Assembly: GCA_965215185.1 (NCBI GenBank)
Contig: OZ244034.1
Span: forward strand, 1,152,001-1,216,000
Reading direction: 5' to 3'
DNA from: Acidimicrobiia bacterium
GTDB taxonomy: Bacteria > Actinomycetota > Acidimicrobiia > Spongiisociales > ZC4RG35
Length of the DNA: 64,000 nt
Shown here: in pieces, positions 1 through 9,988 of the stretch
Layout: each line of letters starts with the position of its first letter
Numbering within the stretch: position 1 is the stretch's first letter
Program-made: the position numbers and the translations under genes
Notes under the pieces: model-generated
What the model was told of the DNA's origin: nothing
The model's database searches: none
Seen by the model: the letters and a program-made list of their open reading frames with translations, nothing else

Positions 1-2
1 CT

Positions 3-401
3 TTCCTTCCGGCCGTACTCGGCCACTCCAACCAAGGAAATCCCCTGGTGGATGTCCGCTCTCCCGAGGAGTTCCGTGGCGAACGTCTTCACATGCCCGG
101 ATACCCCAACGAAGGGTCCACCCGTGGCGGGCACATTCCTGGCGCCTACAGTGTTCCTTGGAAGCGGGCCGCCAACGATGATGGCACCTTCAAGGATGCA
201 GATGAACTGAAGGCCATCTACTTGGATGAGATCGGTCTCCGACCCCACGACGAAGTGATCTCCTACTGTCGAATCGGGGAGAGATCCAGTCACACCTGGT
301 TCGTCCTCACCCATCTCTTAGGATTCGAGAACGTTCGCAATTACGACGGATCGTGGACAGAGTACGGCAATACGGTGGGTGTCCCCATCGAGAAGCCCTG
401 A
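3..401 (+). CDS. Sulfurtransferase (rhodanese, SseA/CysA type), 5' end outside the window
   Basis: Frame is open from the window start. Motifs [15 protein letters not shown], active-site YCRIGERSS and [10 protein letters not shown]. Confidence 0.92.
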   Translation, partial: FLPAVLGHSNQGNPLVDVRSPEEFRGERLHMPGYPNEGSTRGGHIPGAYSVPWKRAANDDGTFKDADELKAIYLDEIGLRPHDEVISYCRIGERSSHTWFVLTHLLGFENVRNYDGSWTEYGNTVGVPIEKP

Positions 402-475
402 ACGGCTCCGACCCTTATTGATCAATCAACCGGGGATGGGTTCACTCCCTCCCCGGTTGTGACCCTCCCGGCGGT

Positions 476-481
476 TAGAAT
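476..481 (+). promoter_or_regulatory. Putative -10 box (TAGAAT) for a leaderless AI-2E transcript
   Basis: TANNNT hexamer 8 nt upstream of the GTG at 490, with no Shine-Dalgarno in between. Confidence 0.4.
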
Positions 482-489
482 GGGCAACC

Positions 490-1590
490 GTGACGCTGGG
501 AGGTGAACGTACGCATTCCGAACAGCCTCCTCCCTGGCTCAACCGCTGGGTTTTCACCGCCTCGCTGACCTTGTTGGGAATCGCCGGCACAGTTTGGGTG
601 ATCGGGCGGCTGACCACCCTGCTCCTGATCGTGTTCATGGCTGGCTTTTTGGCGGTGGCCCTCATACCGGCAGTGGACTGGTTGGAAAAGCGCAAATGGA
701 ACCGCCGGTGGGCCGCCCTTTTTGTCCTCGCAGCAACCGTGCTGTTAGTACTCCTCTTTTTTGCCACCCTGCTTCCGCTCTTCATCAACCAGACCGCGGC
801 CATCACAGTCAAACTCCCCGATTACTTGGCGGCCACCGAGGATTGGGTGAGCAAATTCGTTGATATCGACCTGCTGGACAATCAAGTCCGCACCCAATTG
901 GAAGATCTCGGGTCGCTGCTTCAACAATACGGAGGACAGGTGGCGGGGGGAGTGCTGGCGGTGGGGACCACTCTGGCCAGTGCTGTGTTCCAAGGAGTCA
1001 CCATTCTGTTGTTCGCCTACTACATGGTCGCCGAGACACCCAAGATGCTTCGCTTGGTGCTCTCGTTCTTTCCGGGCCCCCGCCAGCGTCTGCTCTTGCA
1101 GATCTGGGCGGTTTCCATCGAGAAGACCGGCGGATATGTCTATTCTCGATTGATCCTTTCCGTGCTGTCGGCAGTGATCACTGCCGTAGTGCTCGCCCTG
1201 CTCTCGGTGCCCTATCCGGTAGCGCTGGGAATCTGGGTCGGGGTGATCTCCCAGTTCATTCCCGTGATCGGAACTTATATCGCCGGAGCGCTCCCGGTGT
1301 TCATAGCGCTGGTCGAGAATCCGATTACCGCCCTGTGGGTCATAGTGTTGATCGTCGGCTACCAGCAGGTCGAGAACCTCATCATCTCCCCGCGGATTAC
1401 TTCCCGCACCATGGCCATTCATCCGGCGGTTTCGGTGGGAGCAGTGATAGCAGGCGGGTCCCTGATGGGGGCGATCGGGGCAGTCTTGTCCCTCCCGGTG
1501 GCCGCCATCATCCAGTCACTGATCTCCACCTCCCGCCATCATCATCAACCGGTGTTCGGAGTGGAAAAACAGAAAACTCTCGAGGAGTAG
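490..1590 (+). CDS. AI-2E family transporter (PerM-like)
   Basis: 366 aa, multiple TM segments, family motifs FIPVIG and QQVENLIISPRI...IHPAV. Confidence 0.9.
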   Translation: MTLGGERTHSEQPPPWLNRWVFTASLTLLGIAGTVWVIGRLTTLLLIVFMAGFLAVALIPAVDWLEKRKWNRRWAALFVLAATVLLVLLFFATLLPLFINQTAAITVKLPDYLAATEDWVSKFVDIDLLDNQVRTQLEDLGSLLQQYGGQVAGGVLAVGTTLASAVFQGVTILLFAYYMVAETPKMLRLVLSFFPGPRQRLLLQIWAVSIEKTGGYVYSRLILSVLSAVITAVVLALLSVPYPVALGIWVGVISQFIPVIGTYIAGALPVFIALVENPITALWVIVLIVGYQQVENLIISPRITSRTMAIHPAVSVGAVIAGGSLMGAIGAVLSLPVAAIIQSLISTSRHHHQPVFGVEKQKTLEE

Positions 1591-1651
1591 ACCGCTTATC
1601 GGACCGGAAGTCCACCCCCACACCGCGGCAGGAACAGGGCCGCTCGCCGGT

Positions 1652-2764
1652 TTGGCCGTGCTGGAATTGGCAGGGCTGGGGCCCGGGCCCTTCGCAGGTA
1701 TGGTGCTGGCCGATCTGGGGGCCAAGGTAACAGTGATTGATCGGCCCAGCGGGGGAGCCGACTATGCGGCGGGACAGACCATCTTCAATCGAGGAAAACG
1801 TTCGATCGCCGTCGATCTCAAACGAGGCGAAGGCAGAAGTGTTGTACTGCAGATGGTGAAACAAGCCGACATACTGATCGAAGGATTCCGGCCGGGAGTA
1901 GCCGAGCGGCTGGGGGTGGGACCCGAGGTTTGCCTGGAGCGCAATCCCCGTTTGGTATACGGGAGGATCACCGGCTGGGGACAAACCGGCCCCCTCTCGC
2001 AGACTGCCGGTCATGACATCAACTACATTGCAGTGGCCGGCGCCCTGCATCCCATCGGTCCGTCCGAGCGGCCCTATATCCCTCTCAATCTGGTGGCGGA
2101 CTACGGCGGGGGTGGGATGCTGCTGGTCTGCGGCGTCCTGGCTGCCCTGGCCTGCGCGCGGACCACAGGAAAGGGCCAAGTTGTGGACGCGGCCATGGTG
2201 GACGGCACCGCCCTGCTGACTTCCGCGATGCATGCCGGATTGGCGGCCGGATGGTGGAAGCCGCAGCGAGCCTCAAACTTCTTGGATGGCGCGGCGCCGT
2301 TTTACGACGTTTACGAGACCGCCGACGGGGGACACGTGGCGGTGGGGTGTCTGGAGGAGCAGTTCCTGGAGGAGATGTGCTCCCGATTGGGGATCGACCG
2401 TGACGACCTGCCCCACCGTTTCGATCCGCGGGGATGGCCGCAGCTGCGTCGTCGGCTGTCGGAGGCCTTCCGCGGCCGGACCCGGGACGAATGGGCCGAG
2501 GTCTTCAGCGAGGGTGACGCCTGTGTGTCACCGGTGCTCAGTCTGACTGAAGCCACACGGCATCCTCACTTGCAGTCCCGTTCCACATTTGTCGAAGTGG
2601 GAGGTTGGCAACAGCCAGCTCCGGCGCCCAGATTCTCAGAGACTCCCACCCAGATGCCCTCTCCTTCTCCGTCGCGGGGGGACCACACCACCGAGATCCT
2701 GACCTCACTGGGATTCTCACCCACTGAAATAGATAAACTCCGGCAGGAACGCGTAGTTAGTTGA
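1652..2764 (+). CDS. CaiB/BaiF family III CoA-transferase / alpha-methylacyl-CoA racemase (Mcr-like)
   Basis: ELAGLGPGPF, NRGKRS, EGFRPGVAERLG, GHDINY and NLVADYGGG (racemase His/Asp pair). True start is probably upstream of 1652. Confidence 0.9.
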   Translation: MAVLELAGLGPGPFAGMVLADLGAKVTVIDRPSGGADYAAGQTIFNRGKRSIAVDLKRGEGRSVVLQMVKQADILIEGFRPGVAERLGVGPEVCLERNPRLVYGRITGWGQTGPLSQTAGHDINYIAVAGALHPIGPSERPYIPLNLVADYGGGGMLLVCGVLAALACARTTGKGQVVDAAMVDGTALLTSAMHAGLAAGWWKPQRASNFLDGAAPFYDVYETADGGHVAVGCLEEQFLEEMCSRLGIDRDDLPHRFDPRGWPQLRRRLSEAFRGRTRDEWAEVFSEGDACVSPVLSLTEATRHPHLQSRSTFVEVGGWQQPAPAPRFSETPTQMPSPSPSRGDHTTEILTSLGFSPTEIDKLRQERVVS

Positions 2765-2787
2765 TTTTGAAGGAAGAACATAGAAAG

Positions 2788-4647
2788 ATGGACCACCGCG
2801 ATCTTGATTCGGAGCGCCGGCATCTCGATCACGCCTCCGAGGGCCTGACATTGATAGACGTCCTCGACCGCGCCGCTCATGACCACGGGGAGCGCTCCGC
2901 AGCCCGATGGAAAGACCAAAGCGGTGAGTGGAAGGGCTTGAATTGGGCAGAAATGCGCGGTATCACCCACCAGGTCGCGGCGGGATTGCAAACTCTGGGG
3001 GTGGCGGAAGGCGACTTCGTGGGGATAATGGCGGGGGTACGTCCCGAACATGCCCTGGCGGATCTGGGGATTGTTCACACTGGCGCGGTCCCCATCACTT
3101 TCTATGAGACTCTCGCTCCTCCTCAAATCGCCTATATCGGCAAACAGACCGGCGTAAAAGCGGCGATTCTAGAGAATGCCGCGATGATGGAACGATGGGA
3201 CGAAGTCCGTTCCCAACTTCCCCGGCTGGAAGTTGTGGTTGCCATGGATGTTCCCGAAGAAGGACTGCCGGACGGTGTGATTTCTTGGGAGGAGTTGCTT
3301 AACAGGGGCGCAGAACAATTAATGGCCGATCCCGAGAGCGTCACTCGGGCGGCGCAGGAAGTCACTCCATCCCACCTTGTCACTCTGATCTACACCTCAG
3401 GGACAACCGGAGACCCCAAGGGGGTGATGGTCACCCACCGCAACGTGGTCTGGACGGTCGAGTCCGTAGCCCGTACCCTGGGCATGCCGGCCCATTTCCG
3501 GACGGTGGCTTATCTTCCTTTTGCACACATAGCGGCGCGAGCCGCCACCCACTATGCACCCATCTTTTTGGCAGGAGAGGTCTACTACTGCGCGGACCTT
3601 GCAGAAGTGGCCGACTACGCCCGGGCATGCCGCCCCCAGGCTTTTCTGGGAGTGCCGCGAGTGTGGGAGAAGTTTCAGGCCCGCCTCTTGGAGGCCCTCG
3701 AGGCCGATTCCAAACGGGACCTGGTGATGAAGGCCATTGCCAATGGCCGCGAGGTTGTGGAGAGCAGGGTAGCGGGAAACAGCGCGCCACTCGGAAAGCG
3801 AGTCAAGCATGCTCTTTTCAACCGACTGATCTTCTCAAAGATCAGAGCCCGGCTGGGAATGCAAGATCTGGTCTTGGCGGTGACGGCCGCCGCCCCGATC
3901 AGCCGAGATCTCCTGGTCTTCTTCAATGCCTTGGGAATCCCCCTCTACGAGATATACGGGATGAGTGAAAGCACCGGCCCGGCCACCTGCACCACCGCCG
4001 ACAATCCTGCACTGGGAACAGTTGGCAAGCCCTTCATGGGCGTGGAAGTGGAAACGGGAGAAGACGGGGAAATCAGGGTCAGGGGCGGGGTGGTCACCGA
4101 CGGCTATTACCGGCTTCCCCAAGCCACTGCCAATACCTTCTCCGAGGATGGTTGGCTTTACACCGGAGACTTGGGAGAGTGGGACCAAAACGGCAACCTG
4201 CGGATCGTGGGCAGAAAAAAAGAGATCATCATCACCTCCTCGGGAAAAAACGTCGCTCCCGCCACATTGGAGACCGCCATCTCCAGCCATCCGCTAGTGG
4301 GCGGGGTGTGCATGGTGGGCGATAACCGACCCTACCTGACCATGCTGGTTTCCCTGGATCCCCAAGAAGCTCCCAGGTGGGCCGAGCAGCAGGGAATGCC
4401 CGGCGACGATTGGGAGACTCTGACCACCCATCCCAAAGTAGTGGGAGAGATACAGTCCACCGTGGAGCGCGCCAATCGCCTCGTAGCACGAGCCGAACAA
4501 GTCAAGAAAACCGCCATCGTTCCGGACCAGTGGGACCCCGAGACCGGGGAGATCACCCCTTCCATGAAGGTCAAACGGCATGTCATCATCGACAAGTACG
4601 CTGGGTTGATCAACGAGCTATACCAGGACGGGACCACGGGATCCTGA
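2788..4647 (+). CDS. Long-chain fatty acid--CoA ligase
   Basis: AMP-binding motifs IYTSGTTGDPKG, YGMSES, GWLYTGDLG, GRKKEIIITSSGKN. ATG 2788 preferred to TTG 2761. Confidence 0.92.
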   Translation: MDHRDLDSERRHLDHASEGLTLIDVLDRAAHDHGERSAARWKDQSGEWKGLNWAEMRGITHQVAAGLQTLGVAEGDFVGIMAGVRPEHALADLGIVHTGAVPITFYETLAPPQIAYIGKQTGVKAAILENAAMMERWDEVRSQLPRLEVVVAMDVPEEGLPDGVISWEELLNRGAEQLMADPESVTRAAQEVTPSHLVTLIYTSGTTGDPKGVMVTHRNVVWTVESVARTLGMPAHFRTVAYLPFAHIAARAATHYAPIFLAGEVYYCADLAEVADYARACRPQAFLGVPRVWEKFQARLLEALEADSKRDLVMKAIANGREVVESRVAGNSAPLGKRVKHALFNRLIFSKIRARLGMQDLVLAVTAAAPISRDLLVFFNALGIPLYEIYGMSESTGPATCTTADNPALGTVGKPFMGVEVETGEDGEIRVRGGVVTDGYYRLPQATANTFSEDGWLYTGDLGEWDQNGNLRIVGRKKEIIITSSGKNVAPATLETAISSHPLVGGVCMVGDNRPYLTMLVSLDPQEAPRWAEQQGMPGDDWETLTTHPKVVGEIQSTVERANRLVARAEQVKKTAIVPDQWDPETGEITPSMKVKRHVIIDKYAGLINELYQDGTTGS

Positions 4648-4674
4648 ACCCACCCGAAGATAGGAGACTTTGCT

Positions 4675-5580
4675 TTGTCAGACATCACTTTTGACCGGAA
4701 GGTGGCGATCGTTACCGGAGCGGGGGGCGGTCTGGGGCGAAGCTACGCCCTGGAACTGGCCCGTCGGGGTGCTCGGGTAGTTGTAAACGACCTGGGTGGC
4801 GCCATTGACGGCACCGGTGGGGACAGCCGTCCCGCAGATCTGGTGGTCGAGGAGATCACGCGGCGGGGCGGAGAAGCGGTGCCCAATTACGACTCGGTAG
4901 CCAGTCCCAAAGCGGGATCGGCGATAGTCCAGACGGCTTTGGACGCCTTCGGCACTGTGGATGTGGTGATCAACAATGCCGGGATTCTGCGGGACCGAAG
5001 CTTTGGCAACCTCACCATTTCAGAATTGCAAGCGGTGATGGATGTCCATCTGCTGGGTGCATTCCATGTATCGATGCCCGCCTTTCCAATCATGAAAGAA
5101 AAGGGCTACGGCCGGTTTGTTTTCACCTCCTCCAATGCCGGGATCTTCGGCAACTTTGGGCAGACCAACTACGGGGCGGCCAAAGCCGGTCTGGTGGGAT
5201 TCTCCAACGTGCTGGCCATAGAGGGGGCCAGATACAACATCAAATCCAACGTGATTGCCCCGGTGGCCCGCACCAGGCTCACCGAGGAACTGCTGGGGCC
5301 TCTCACGGACTTTCTGGATCCCGACCAGGTCACTCCCATGGTGGTGTACCTGTGTTCAGAGAACAACCAGTTCTCCCACGAGATATTCACCGCCGGCGGG
5401 GGACGGTACGGTCGCATCTTCATCGGCACGAATCAGGGATGGTTCTCCGGCATGAAGGTCGTACCGTCAGTGGAAGAGATCCAAGACAACCTCGATCAGA
5501 TCCGAGACATCTCCACTTACGAAGTCCCGATGAGCTCCACAGAAGAAATCATGTTGATCGCTAAGGCAATGGGAGGCTGA
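4675..5580 (+). CDS. SDR, (3R)-hydroxyacyl-CoA dehydrogenase-like (MFE-2 N-terminal domain type)
   Basis: TGAGGGLG, VVVNDLGG, NNAGILRD, GNFGQTNYGAAK. Confidence 0.9.
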   Translation: MSDITFDRKVAIVTGAGGGLGRSYALELARRGARVVVNDLGGAIDGTGGDSRPADLVVEEITRRGGEAVPNYDSVASPKAGSAIVQTALDAFGTVDVVINNAGILRDRSFGNLTISELQAVMDVHLLGAFHVSMPAFPIMKEKGYGRFVFTSSNAGIFGNFGQTNYGAAKAGLVGFSNVLAIEGARYNIKSNVIAPVARTRLTEELLGPLTDFLDPDQVTPMVVYLCSENNQFSHEIFTAGGGRYGRIFIGTNQGWFSGMKVVPSVEEIQDNLDQIRDISTYEVPMSSTEEIMLIAKAMGG

Positions 5581-5583
5581 GTC

Positions 5584-6438
5584 GTGCCGATCGACATCGA
5601 AGCCGCTCTGGCCTCACAGCTCCCGGCCCGCCAATTCGCCTGGGACGAGGACCGGGTGATCCTCTATCACCTGGGTCTGGGAGCCGGAGCACCTCCCACC
5701 GATCCCCGTGAACTCTCCTATACCTATGAAGGCAACCTAGCGGTGCTGCCCTCCTTTGGCACGATCGCCGCCAATTCCTCAATGGCAACGATCTCCACTG
5801 CCAGGGGAGTGGACATCAACTGGGCGCTACTGCTGCACGGGGAACAGGACTTGGAGATCAGACAACCGATACCGCGAAGCGGCACAGTAACCAGCCAACC
5901 CCGCATTGCTCACATCTACGACAAAGGCCGGGCCGCCCTTATGGTGGTGGAGGTGACCTCCACCGACCAACAAACTGGGGAGTTGCTATTCATCAACCGG
6001 TCAACGTTGTTCATCCGTGGAGAAGGAGGATGGGGTGGAGATCCGGGTCCGAAGGCGTCAAATCCTGCGCCATCTCGGTCGCCCGATCACATAGTTCGCT
6101 CGCCCACCCTTCCCCAGCAGGCCCTCCTGTATCGCCTGTCGGGAGACAAGAACCCCCTGCATGCCGATCCGGCGTTTGCCACGCTGGGAGGATTCGACCG
6201 GCCCATTCTTCACGGCTTGTGCACCTATGGAATGGTTTGTAAAGCAGCGGTCAACACGGTGTTGGACGGGAACCCCGAACGCGCCCGACGCTATCAGGCC
6301 CGATTTGCGGGAGTGGTATTCCCTGGAGAAACCGTGGTGACCCGCATGTGGGAAGAAGGAGACAAGGTGCTCTTGGAAGCGGTGGTGGAAGAACGGGATG
6401 CGAAGGTCCTCTCCAATGCCGCTCTGTGGGTGTCCTAG
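5584..6438 (+). CDS. MaoC-family (R)-specific enoyl-CoA hydratase 2, double hot-dog fold
   Basis: LLHGEQ and hydratase-2 motif YRLSGDKNPLHADP...PILHGLCTYG. Confidence 0.92.
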   Translation: MPIDIEAALASQLPARQFAWDEDRVILYHLGLGAGAPPTDPRELSYTYEGNLAVLPSFGTIAANSSMATISTARGVDINWALLLHGEQDLEIRQPIPRSGTVTSQPRIAHIYDKGRAALMVVEVTSTDQQTGELLFINRSTLFIRGEGGWGGDPGPKASNPAPSRSPDHIVRSPTLPQQALLYRLSGDKNPLHADPAFATLGGFDRPILHGLCTYGMVCKAAVNTVLDGNPERARRYQARFAGVVFPGETVVTRMWEEGDKVLLEAVVEERDAKVLSNAALWVS

Positions 6439-6453
6439 AGAGAAAGGTTCAAA

Positions 6454-7641
6454 ATGACTACCACCGCCGTCCTGGATGTCATAGACCAAAGAGTCGACCG
6501 GTTGCTTTCCGAGCATCCGCCCGCTGAAACCAGTTCCCAGAAGTTTTGGGGTGCCCAGTTCGATTTGGGGCTGGCCTGGCCGTCCTTTCCCGAGGGATTG
6601 GGAGGGATGGGAGCCTCCCCCGGCGAGGCGACCGGGGTAACCCAGGCGCTGAGAGAAGCGGGCGCCCCCGCGGACAACATCCGCCGCAACTTGATCGGTT
6701 ACGGGATGGGCGCCCCGACGATCGTCGCCCACGGAACTGCGGACCAGCAGAACCGTTGGCTACGCAAACTGTTCACCACCGAGGAGATTTGGTGCCAGCT
6801 ATTCAGCGAGCCAGGGGCCGGCTCAGACGCGGCCGGCATCGGCACCAGCGCCATGCGGGACGGGGACGAGTGGGTGATAAACGGCCAAAAGGTGTGGACC
6901 ACCCTGGGACACAACGCCAAATGGGGGATGCTCACCGCCCGCACCAATCCCGCAGTCCCCAAGCATCGGGGCATCACCTATTTCATCATCGACATGGACC
7001 AGCCGGGGGTGGAGGTACGGCCGCTTCGCCAAATCACGGGTGAGGCCGAGTTCAACGAGGTCTATTTCACAGACGCCCGGGTGCCCGACGCCAACCGGCT
7101 GGGAGCAGTGGGGGAGGGGTGGAGGGTGTCAGTGACCACGCTCATGAACGAGCGGGTGATAATCGGGGAGAACATCAGTCCCCGCGGAGAGGGGGCCATC
7201 GCCACCGCCGTGGAGGTGTGGCGCAACTCGGACAGCGACGACCAGACGCGCCGAGATGAACTGATCAGCCTCTGGGTTGATGCGGAAGCGATACGGCTTA
7301 CCAGCCTACGCGACCGGATGGCCCGATTGCGAGGCACTCCGGGGCCAGAGGGATCCACCCTCAAGCTGCAGTGGGCAGAATTGCGCAAGAGCACCTTCGC
7401 TTGGGCCGTGGACATGATGGGCGCCGAAGGGATGCTCTATCCAGAGGCCTACGAATTCCGTACCCCCGAGACCATGGAGGTTGACCACAGTCCCCAATGG
7501 CAGTTCCTTCGTTCTAGAGCCAACTCCATCGAAGGTGGGACTTCCGAGATTCTTCGCAACGTGATCGGGGAGCGGGTGCTGGGTCTACCCCGCGAGCCCC
7601 GTGTGGATCTGGAACTTGCCTGGAAAGACATCGCCCGCTGA
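6454..7641 (+). CDS. Acyl-CoA dehydrogenase (FadE family)
   Basis: WCQLFSEPGAGSD, INGQKVWT, EFNEVYF, SIEGGTSEI. Confidence 0.92.
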   Translation: MTTTAVLDVIDQRVDRLLSEHPPAETSSQKFWGAQFDLGLAWPSFPEGLGGMGASPGEATGVTQALREAGAPADNIRRNLIGYGMGAPTIVAHGTADQQNRWLRKLFTTEEIWCQLFSEPGAGSDAAGIGTSAMRDGDEWVINGQKVWTTLGHNAKWGMLTARTNPAVPKHRGITYFIIDMDQPGVEVRPLRQITGEAEFNEVYFTDARVPDANRLGAVGEGWRVSVTTLMNERVIIGENISPRGEGAIATAVEVWRNSDSDDQTRRDELISLWVDAEAIRLTSLRDRMARLRGTPGPEGSTLKLQWAELRKSTFAWAVDMMGAEGMLYPEAYEFRTPETMEVDHSPQWQFLRSRANSIEGGTSEILRNVIGERVLGLPREPRVDLELAWKDIAR

Positions 7642-7699
7642 TCGCATCGCGTAGTCGGGCCGAGATCACAAACGCGGGAGAGGTATCCTTGCGCATGCC

Positions 7700-8668
7700 A
7701 TGGCGCGGGTATTAGTAACTAGGCCGATCAACCCCCAGGCGGCGGGATTGCTGTCCGAACACGAGGTCTGGACATGGCCGGAAAACCGGACCATGCCACG
7801 CGAATTGCTTTTGGAGCGAGTTGCTACAGCCGAGGGGGCGCTGGTCATGCTCACCGACCGCATCGATGACCAATTCCTGGAGGTCGGACGTCAGATTAAA
7901 GTGGTCTCACAGATGGCGGTGGGGGTTGACAACATCGATCTGGCGGCCTGCACCAGCCGGCGGATACCGGTGGGGCACACACCCGATGTTTTGACCGAGA
8001 CAACCGCCGATATGGCTTGGGCCCTGCTGGGCACCGCCGCCCGCCGGATCCCCGAAGGACGGGACTATGTGCTGGACGGGCACTGGCTTGAGTGGGACCC
8101 CGACCTTCTGTTGGGAAGCGATCTGTGGGGGGCCACTCTAGGCATAGTCGGAATGGGACGGATTGGCGCAGCCGTGGCTCGCAGAGCAGCCGGGTTTTCC
8201 ATGAGAATCGTTTACAACTCCCGCTCGCCTAAACCCACAGTGGAGGAAAAGACTGGAGCGGTCTACACCCGGTTGGATGATCTGTTGACACAATCCGACC
8301 ATGTGGTGGTAACCGCCTCCTATACCCCCGAAACACACCATCTGATCGACGCCGCGGCTCTGACCCAAATGAGACCAACCGCAACTTTGGTGAACATCGC
8401 CCGCGGTTCGCTCGTCGACCCCAAAGCCCTCTACGTCGCCCTCTCTTCCGGTGGCATCGGAGCAGCGGCGCTGGACGTAACCGAGCCCGAACCGATTCCA
8501 GCAAATCATCCGCTGCTGTCCCTTCCCAATTGTCTGGTGATACCCCACCTGGGTTCGGCTAGCCGCGGCACACGCCTAGCCATGGCCACCCGAGCGGCGG
8601 ACAACCTGCTGGCCGGGTTGGCGGGAGAACCCGTGCCTTGGTGCGCCAACCCAGAGGTCTATTCCTGA
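7700..8668 (+). CDS. D-isomer 2-hydroxyacid dehydrogenase (glyoxylate/hydroxypyruvate reductase-like)
   Basis: AVGVDNID, GIVGMGRIG, VNIARG, LDVTEPEP, PHLGSA. Confidence 0.92.
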   Translation: MARVLVTRPINPQAAGLLSEHEVWTWPENRTMPRELLLERVATAEGALVMLTDRIDDQFLEVGRQIKVVSQMAVGVDNIDLAACTSRRIPVGHTPDVLTETTADMAWALLGTAARRIPEGRDYVLDGHWLEWDPDLLLGSDLWGATLGIVGMGRIGAAVARRAAGFSMRIVYNSRSPKPTVEEKTGAVYTRLDDLLTQSDHVVVTASYTPETHHLIDAAALTQMRPTATLVNIARGSLVDPKALYVALSSGGIGAAALDVTEPEPIPANHPLLSLPNCLVIPHLGSASRGTRLAMATRAADNLLAGLAGEPVPWCANPEVYS

Positions 8669-8762
8669 TAAGACCTGGAGAGGTGCGGACGCAGAAACCT
8701 GTCACCTACCATATCTCAAGCTGAACAAGATGTTGAGATCAACATTAAGCTATACAAGAAGG

Positions 8763-9425
8763 TTAAACAGCCGGTTTCTTAGTCAGGACGGCGCCCGGTT
8801 GGACGGTCAGCAGGGCGCCTTGCCGGACTGAGAGGTGCGCAGTTGTCCCAACGAAGCGGTTGGAGAGGCCGCGGGTGCTCCCCGCCGGCAAGATGGCGTC
8901 GTTCAAAGACCATTGGAGACCCTGGGTGGTCACTCCGATGGCATGGCCACCCAGCGGTATGAGCGAAACCAAATCTCCCACTCTTCCGTGGAGAGCGGCT
9001 TGATGGCGGACCACAGTGGCCAGATCTTCCCCAGCCAGCCACAAGATCCGTGCGGCCGACCAGCGGTGATCCGCCAGCAACTCGGCATTTCCCACAAGGT
9101 GGTCCAATCTTCCTCCATGACCTCCCACCACGATCACCACATCACCGTGTCGCAGCGCCGCTTCCATCGCCAACTCCAAGTCTGTGTAGTCCTTGTCCTC
9201 GGAGTACCGCTCCACTTCGCCTTCATGTCGATCAGCAGCGTTAAAAGAAACCGAATCCAAATCCCCCACCAGTAAATCAGCCTTGAAACCCAGCCGGTGA
9301 GCATGATCGAGCCCCGAATCTGCGGCTATTGCAAACGCCTCCGAAGGTATCCAGCGCTCAACCTGAGGCGGGGGCGCCTCACCACCGGCAAAGATCACAA
9401 CTACCTGCTTCTTATGCTCAGTCAT
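8763..9425 (-). CDS. thiN: Thiamine diphosphokinase
   Basis: IAADSG, VGDLDS, KDYTDLE, GGRLDH, GLSN. Start placed at ATG 9425 (MTEHKK). Confidence 0.9.
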   Translation of the reverse strand: MTEHKKQVVVIFAGGEAPPPQVERWIPSEAFAIAADSGLDHAHRLGFKADLLVGDLDSVSFNAADRHEGEVERYSEDKDYTDLELAMEAALRHGDVVIVVGGHGGRLDHLVGNAELLADHRWSAARILWLAGEDLATVVRHQAALHGRVGDLVSLIPLGGHAIGVTTQGLQWSLNDAILPAGSTRGLSNRFVGTTAHLSVRQGALLTVQPGAVLTKKPAV

Positions 9426-9988
9426 AACGGGTCCAATGGCCCTCCAAGAGATCAATAGAAGTGGAAACTGACAGGTGGGCGATTTCAAAGTTGATATGGA
9501 GATCGTAGATAGTTCTTTTGGCCAACCGCGAGGGACGTAGCGGGCCAACCATGGGAGAACGGCTCTTCGCCGCCATCACCGACGGCATCGCCTTAACCAC
9601 TCTATTCGTCATGGTGCACCCAAATACCTCCTCAAAACCTTACGTATCTCATAACTTTGTGCCCCTGCACGGTATGAGGCCTGAATGGTGGCGACCTGAG
9701 GAGCCATACCTGGCAAGAAGGCGGTGGGCATTCGGGTGGATCCTACAAACACGGAGAGCCCCGGCTGGGGAACCTCGCCGGGGGCAATGGGCTGTTGTAA
9801 CGGTACCTTTCGTAATCGCGCCACCGATACGCGAATCTGGCGTAGGTTTCTTGGCGAGTCTTATCGTCATTGACGCCTTATTCCAGAAATGAGGGTGACT
9901 TGTATAGGCTCTCTTGAGCTTTGCACCATCCCAAAAAAGATAAACCCGAGATCGTAATAACTTCAAATGACCCCTAAACACTGCCTAT

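Noticed and set aside
8730-8745. ATGTTGA-GA-TCAACAT palindrome between convergent genes
   Set aside because: Too short and AT-rich to call as a terminator or operator, with no downstream promoter context.
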